Source: Candidatus Binatia bacterium (GTDB lineage Bacteria > Desulfobacterota > Binatia > UBA9968 > CAXXLF01). Taken from it: a DNA stretch of 64,000 bases. Of the stretch, positions 59,456-64,000 are shown one piece after another. The stretch covers positions 1,536,001-1,600,000 of the forward strand of contig CAXXLF010000002.1 in NCBI GenBank assembly GCA_963664015.2, in the 5' to 3' direction. The number at the start of each line of letters is the position of its first letter. Position 1 is the stretch's first letter. Both the position numbers and the translations under genes were made by a program. The notes below the pieces were generated by a model that saw nothing but the letters and a program-made list of their open reading frames with translations, did not search any database and had not been told where the DNA came from.

Positions 59456-60745
59456 TTAGGTGGGCGGCTGAACCAGTGCGGCGTTCTCTTCCCGCATACC
59501 GCGGCGCATGGGCGGAAGCAATGCAAATCCCGTACAGATCAATATCACCATACTCCCACCGATAAACGCTGCTCCAACGGGCCCAAATAAGGAAGCGAGG
59601 GCCCCCAGGTTTACCTGCCCGAGCTGGGGCCCGCCACCGGTGAACATGGAACTCAGCGCCGTGACCCGGCCGCGGAGATTATCTGGGGTTCTCAGTTGAA
59701 CGAATGTCGTCCGCATCACTTCGGATACGATGTTGCCAACACCGTATCCGGCCAGCATCAAGAACGCTACGGGAAGCGTCCTGGAAAAACCGAAACCAAT
59801 CAGGAATACCCCTTGAAGAGCATAGGTCGAGATCATGAGTGGGATCTTGTGGCGAACATCGCCCCTGCTTCCGAGCACCAACCCCCCGACCACCGCCCCC
59901 ACGGAACCGGCCGAGTGTAACAGGCCCAGCGCCTCGGGCCCAAGAAGGAGTATGTCCCGCACGAAAACGGGCAGCAAGACGCGATAGGTACGCATCAGGG
60001 TTACGACAAAGTCCAGGGACAGGGAAATCAGGACCATCGGATTGTCACGGACAAAGCGAAAGCCGCCGAGAACGGCGTCCCAGTTGCGTCCCTGTCCACG
60101 CTTGGGCGCTGGGATCACCGACATCATGATCAGCGCGAATATCACCGCCAGGAAGGTGGCGACGTCGATGGCATAGGCTGTCCCCAAACCAAACAACCCG
60201 ATGACCAACCCGCCGAGGCCGGGACCGATTATCGTCGCCGTCTGGCGCATGAGCGAGTGCAGAGTTAGGGCGTTGGCCAGCTCCGCGCGAGGAACGAGAT
60301 TGGGAAGAATCGACTGGCGCGCCGGGGCGTCAAAGGCCGTTGCCGCCCCGGAGATCACGGCGATGACATAGATGAACGCGGGAGTCACAACTCCCGTGAC
60401 GGTGGCAACAGTAAGCGCCACCGTCGTAGCCATCAATACGCTTTGCGTGGACAGGATCAACCGCTTGCGGCTGACTCGATCGGCCATTGCCCCGCCGACG
60501 AAAGATAGGAGCATAAAAGGGACCACGCGGGAGAGCCCCACAAGACCGACCTGGAGCGTCGAATCGGTCAGGATAAAGATGTGCCAGCCGATGGCCACGT
60601 TCTGCATCTGGTCGCCGATCGTCGAAACGAACTGACCCAACCAGAGCAAGCGAAAGTCCCGATGCCGGAGAGTGGTTAGGGCGTTGCGGCGGGGCGCTGG
60701 CTGATCCAGTGGCTCGCCATTGGACTGAGGTTTCTCGGGTTGCAT
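59456..60745 (-). CDS. MFS transporter
   Basis: LRHRDFRLLW, GAMADRVSRK, PARQSILP, LRGRV; same family as 36386..37687. Confidence 0.88.
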   Translation of the reverse strand: MQPEKPQSNGEPLDQPAPRRNALTTLRHRDFRLLWLGQFVSTIGDQMQNVAIGWHIFILTDSTLQVGLVGLSRVVPFMLLSFVGGAMADRVSRKRLILSTQSVLMATTVALTVATVTGVVTPAFIYVIAVISGAATAFDAPARQSILPNLVPRAELANALTLHSLMRQTATIIGPGLGGLVIGLFGLGTAYAIDVATFLAVIFALIMMSVIPAPKRGQGRNWDAVLGGFRFVRDNPMVLISLSLDFVVTLMRTYRVLLPVFVRDILLLGPEALGLLHSAGSVGAVVGGLVLGSRGDVRHKIPLMISTYALQGVFLIGFGFSRTLPVAFLMLAGYGVGNIVSEVMRTTFVQLRTPDNLRGRVTALSSMFTGGGPQLGQVNLGALASLFGPVGAAFIGGSMVILICTGFALLPPMRRGMREENAALVQPPT

Positions 60746-60879
60746 GACTGATGGAACAAGGCAGTAGCATCCCCTGGAACGGACTGAAAAGGAGCGGTGT
60801 CCGCTCAGAGTGGGAATCCAACACAGCCGGTGAGTCCGTCATCTCCGCCTCATGGGTACGCCACGGACTCCTCCGATAA

Positions 60880-61416
60880 CTATTCCCTTTTTCCTCCCTC
60901 CAGCCCACTCGTTGTCGAGAGGATCTTTTTCCCGTTGAGGGATATCTCGGTGGTTACGGGGATCGATTTATTCAATGTGTTTTCCACATAACAACGAGCG
61001 CTGGCATCACGAGCCAGGGCTTCGGCCTGATCCACCGGACAGTTGCCCTCCAGGTAGACTTGAAAAATCATATCCTGAAAGGACCTGGTCGCCCCCGAGT
61101 GGTGGGCCCTGGCGGTGACTTTCAATTGATCGATGGGGATATCTTTGGCAATTACCAAACTGGTATATTGCATGGTCAGTCAGCCAGCGGCCCCGGCCAC
61201 AAAGGTGCCCAGTGGCGTGGGGGCTCGATTGGTCCCTCCCCGCACCTCCGGTTCGTCCATCAAGATTTGGAACGACTTGTCATCCGTTTTGTAGACCGCT
61301 TCCAGGGTTTTTTGCTCCTGGTGTTGCACGTCGACCCGAACCGTCCCGATTCGGCCGCCGGGACGTTTGGGGCTCTCGCCTTTAACCTTTTTTACCAGTT
61401 CCGGGATAACACGCAT
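60880..61416 (-). CDS. OsmC/Ohr-family peroxiredoxin-like protein, probable selenoprotein (in-frame UGA)
   Basis: Two in-frame ORFs join as DEPEVRGGTNRAPTPLGTFVAGAAG*LTMQY...ARCYVENTL. The TGA at 61180-61182 sits at the first catalytic Cys position. Confidence 0.8.
61148..61171 (-). promoter_or_regulatory. Putative bacterial SECIS element
   Basis: GCAAU-(bulged A)-UACCA-GUU-UGGUA-AUUGC hairpin starting 9 nt after the UGA. Confidence 0.65.
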
Positions 61417-61594
61417 ATTTCCTAACTTCCTTTTCGGGGTATGAAGAAGACTCAGAGTTTCCCGGATACTCCCACAGGAGGGTCCGGGGCGTCAAGTCCA
61501 TTGGACGCCGCCACTGGGGAAACTCACGGATCCGAGATGTTTCGTGGGGTTGACCCACCTTGATTTCACGCTTATTCTTTTTGTTGGATCGGGG

Positions 61595-61623
61595 TTGACT
61601 AATGCCACCCGGGTGGCTAGTCT
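61595..61623 (+). promoter_or_regulatory. Sigma70-like promoter
   Basis: TTGACT-17 nt (contains palindrome GCCACCCGGGTGGC)-TAGTCT, upstream of the dienelactone hydrolase gene. Confidence 0.4.
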
Positions 61624-61760
61624 TCGCTCGATGGCGAACCGGAACGGGTATTATTCGCTGATCCGATTGCTTTGATGGCGCATCTTCCGAAGACACCTGC
61701 TCAGAGGAAATAACCATACTCGTCTTTAATCAATAATCTATTGCTAAGGAGGAAGCGACT

Positions 61761-62519
61761 ATGTACACGACAGACCAATACGAAGGAATGATAGCGGAAA
61801 CGGTAACAATGCCGGGGCACAATGGGGACACCATCAATGCCTACTTTGCGCGCCCTATGGGTGCGGGGCCTTTCCCAGGCATGGTTTTGATTCACCATAT
61901 GCCCGGTTGGGACGAGTTGTATCGGGAGTTCACCCGCAAGTTCGCCCACCACGGCTACGCGACCATCTGCCCTAATATCTATTTTCGCGCGGGGCATGGC
62001 ACTGTGGACGATGTAACGGCGAAGGTACGGGGCGCGGGAGGGTTGGCGGACGATCAAGTGGTCGGTGATATTGTCGGGGGGATGCAGTTTCTACGCTCGC
62101 TTCCCAACAACAATGGGAAGGTCGGGGTCTTCGGCACCTGCTCCGGGGGGCGTCATGCCTTTCTTACGGCCTGCCGGTCCAAGGGATTTGATGCCCTCGT
62201 CGAATGTTGGGGTGGTGGCGTCGTCGCGGCCAAGGATGCCCTGACCCCGCAGAGGCCCGTTGCGCCCATCGACTATACCAAAGACCTCGGTTGTCCCATC
62301 ATCGGGATCTTTGGAAACGACGACAAGAATCCGTCGCCGGATCAAGTCAACCTGCACGAAGAAGAGTTGAAAAAGGCCGGGAAGAATTATGAGTTCCATC
62401 GATACGATGGAGCGGGGCATGGTTTCTTCTACTATGACCGTACTCCCTACCGGCAGGAGCAGGCGGTAGATGGCTGGAAGAAGATCTTCCCGTTTCTCGA
62501 GAAACATCTCAAAGCGTAA
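61761..62519 (+). CDS. Dienelactone hydrolase family protein
   Basis: GTCSGG nucleophile motif; FGNDD; YDGAGHGF; AAGGAGG RBS. Confidence 0.9.
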   Translation: MYTTDQYEGMIAETVTMPGHNGDTINAYFARPMGAGPFPGMVLIHHMPGWDELYREFTRKFAHHGYATICPNIYFRAGHGTVDDVTAKVRGAGGLADDQVVGDIVGGMQFLRSLPNNNGKVGVFGTCSGGRHAFLTACRSKGFDALVECWGGGVVAAKDALTPQRPVAPIDYTKDLGCPIIGIFGNDDKNPSPDQVNLHEEELKKAGKNYEFHRYDGAGHGFFYYDRTPYRQEQAVDGWKKIFPFLEKHLKA

Positions 62520-62561
62520 GCTAATGGGGACATTGCTTTAGCCCCAGCAAGGAGTGCCACC

Positions 62562-62879
62562 ATGTGTACGACAATCGTCAATCAAGCGATCATCGATGGT
62601 AGCGGCAAGGGAGCCAACGGTTGGTTCAAGGTAAGCGGGGTGAACGTATCTTACGACCACCCCTATCACTCTCGCCTCGAACACGCGTTGAACATCGATT
62701 TTGTCAATGAGGCCGAGGGTCCCAGTGCACGAGTCGGCGTCGAGATCAGCCTGGAGTCAGCCCGTCATCTGGTCCAGTGCATCCAGGCGGTCCTGGACGA
62801 GGCCGAGGCCGGGGGATACCAGGACGAAATTGCCGGAGGCGGAGGGCAAAGCGCGGCGCGGGGTTCGCAAAGCGCATAG
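62562..62879 (+). CDS. Small conserved hypothetical protein (DUF6295-like)
   Basis: MCT...GSGKG..GWF...VSYDHP.H...EHALNIDF...GPSARV.VE; AAGGAG RBS. Confidence 0.7.
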   Translation: MCTTIVNQAIIDGSGKGANGWFKVSGVNVSYDHPYHSRLEHALNIDFVNEAEGPSARVGVEISLESARHLVQCIQAVLDEAEAGGYQDEIAGGGGQSAARGSQSA

Positions 62880-62903
62880 CGTCCGGACTCTAGTTAAAAT
62901 TAA

Positions 62904-63052
62904 GAGCTTTCAGCTCCGGATTCTTTTACCGCAAATTTACGCAGATATTCGCAGATAAGAGAGGCTTCGATCCGGCCGGACCGGCCAGAAACAACTCGCG
63001 TTAATCTACGTAAATCTGCGGTTAAGTATTCTTAACTCTTTGCGCTTTGCTG
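62904..63052. repeat. Inverted-repeat mosaic at convergent junction
   Basis: ACCGCAAATTTACGCAGAT (62928-62946) / ATCTACGTAAATCTGCGGT (63004-63022); homologous to the reverse complement of about 38030-38135. Confidence 0.7.
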
Positions 63053-63067
63053 GTTGGCAAGAACCAC

Positions 63068-63649
63068 TCACGGCCTCGAGACAAAGGGGCTTCCACGCAC
63101 AATAAATCGCCATGGCTTGTCTTTCCATGATCCAGCGTAATCGACACCGATGCGCGGCCTCCGTAACACGGGAGGCGAGGGTTCTCGACGATCCTCCACG
63201 TAGAGATGGGACCCGCAAAGGTCGACCCCATTGAGGAAGCGGTCGATACCGAGAGCCTGGCAGAGTTTGCCTGGACCGGTGGTGAGGTTTTTAAGTTCAT
63301 CCGTTTTTCTACGGGCCTGCATCAAGGGGATTCCCTTTACCGGCTCCAGTGCACGAATCAAGACCGCTGCTGGGAAATTGGTCTGTTCGGTAACCGCATT
63401 GAGACAGTGATAAAATCCGTAGACGAGATAAACATAGGCAGCGCCTGCACGGCCGAACATGATTTCCGTTCGCCCCGTGCGCCCACGGGAGGCGTGGCAG
63501 GCCTTATCCCGAATACCTATGTACGCCTCGGTTTCCACGATCTTTCCAACCATCACCCCTTGGGGATCTCTTCGAACCAAATACTTCCCCAGTAGCTGCC
63601 GGGCAACCTTGAGTGTAGCCTGCTGGTAAAATGAGCGAGAAAGTTTCAC
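63068..63649 (-). CDS. mpg: DNA-3-methyladenine glycosylase (MPG/AAG family)
   Basis: VARQLLGK, IVETEAY, YVYLVYG, AVLIRALEP, GPGKLCQALGI, RIG. Confidence 0.9.
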   Translation of the reverse strand: MKLSRSFYQQATLKVARQLLGKYLVRRDPQGVMVGKIVETEAYIGIRDKACHASRGRTGRTEIMFGRAGAAYVYLVYGFYHCLNAVTEQTNFPAAVLIRALEPVKGIPLMQARRKTDELKNLTTGPGKLCQALGIDRFLNGVDLCGSHLYVEDRREPSPPVLRRPRIGVDYAGSWKDKPWRFIVRGSPFVSRP

Positions 63650-63694
63650 GGTTCTAGGAAGTCCCTGCGTGTTCCCGTCGTCTATAGACCAACT

Positions 63695-63780
63695 GCCTCC
63701 ACGAGCATACGCCGGTGATATCATTTCTTTCTCCGGCGGAATCCGCCTTCGCATCCGCTTCGGCTGCGAAGGCGGATAAA
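63695..63780. repeat. REP-like element
   Basis: GCCTCCACGAGCATACG...ATCCGCCTTCGCATCCGCTTCGGCTGCGAAGGCGGATAAA palindrome. Confidence 0.6.
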
Positions 63781-63987
63781 CCACTCTATCGTCATTTTAA
63801 GCCGCGAGTAAAGCGCCCCGGGAACGGCAATGGAATGAAAGAATGCCTCTTGGCTCTGGTGCCACCCTTGACAGTGAAGCCTGGAAAAAGATATTCAGGT
63901 CTCGAATCGATGCTTGTCCACGTGAAGGTTGATAGGTATAGGTAGATGAATTGTTAGCTGGGGTTCTTTAACCCAAAGGAGCTTGTT

Positions 63988-64000
63988 ATGGAAAGTATGA
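63988..64000 (+). CDS. Possible gene start running off the window
   Basis: AAGGAG RBS followed by ATG GAA AGT ATG; too short to identify. Confidence 0.3.

Overview
This is a 64-kb bacterial chromosomal window of about 55% GC. It is catabolic in character: six Amidohydro_2 amidohydrolases, eight solute-binding-fold proteins, two Rieske oxygenases, two bicupins, two FAD_binding_2 flavoproteins, plus Mo-hydroxylase, GMC, SDR and TPP enzymes. This repertoire suggests a Binatota/deltaproteobacterial-type genome (inference only). The left ~38 kb is loosely packed and holds about 10 pseudogenes. Many of its intergenic gaps contain a family of modular heptamer-repeat mosaics, some arranged as nested inverted repeats. 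The 38-63 kb part is compact and intact. It includes an SBP-Rieske-LigB-amidohydrolase-cupin-EutA-MaoC operon with no eutBC, and a three-gene membrane spermidine-synthase-like cluster. Highlights are (1) an OsmC-family gene split by an in-frame TGA at the catalytic Cys position and followed by a SECIS-shaped hairpin (probable selenoprotein), (2) the dispersed heptamer-mosaic and inverted-repeat system, (3) an orphan EutA-cupin pair in an aromatic-degradation operon, and (4) a fourfold repeated promoter cassette. No rRNA, tRNA, CRISPR array or transposase was found. All family assignments come from motif recognition by eye; no database searches were run.
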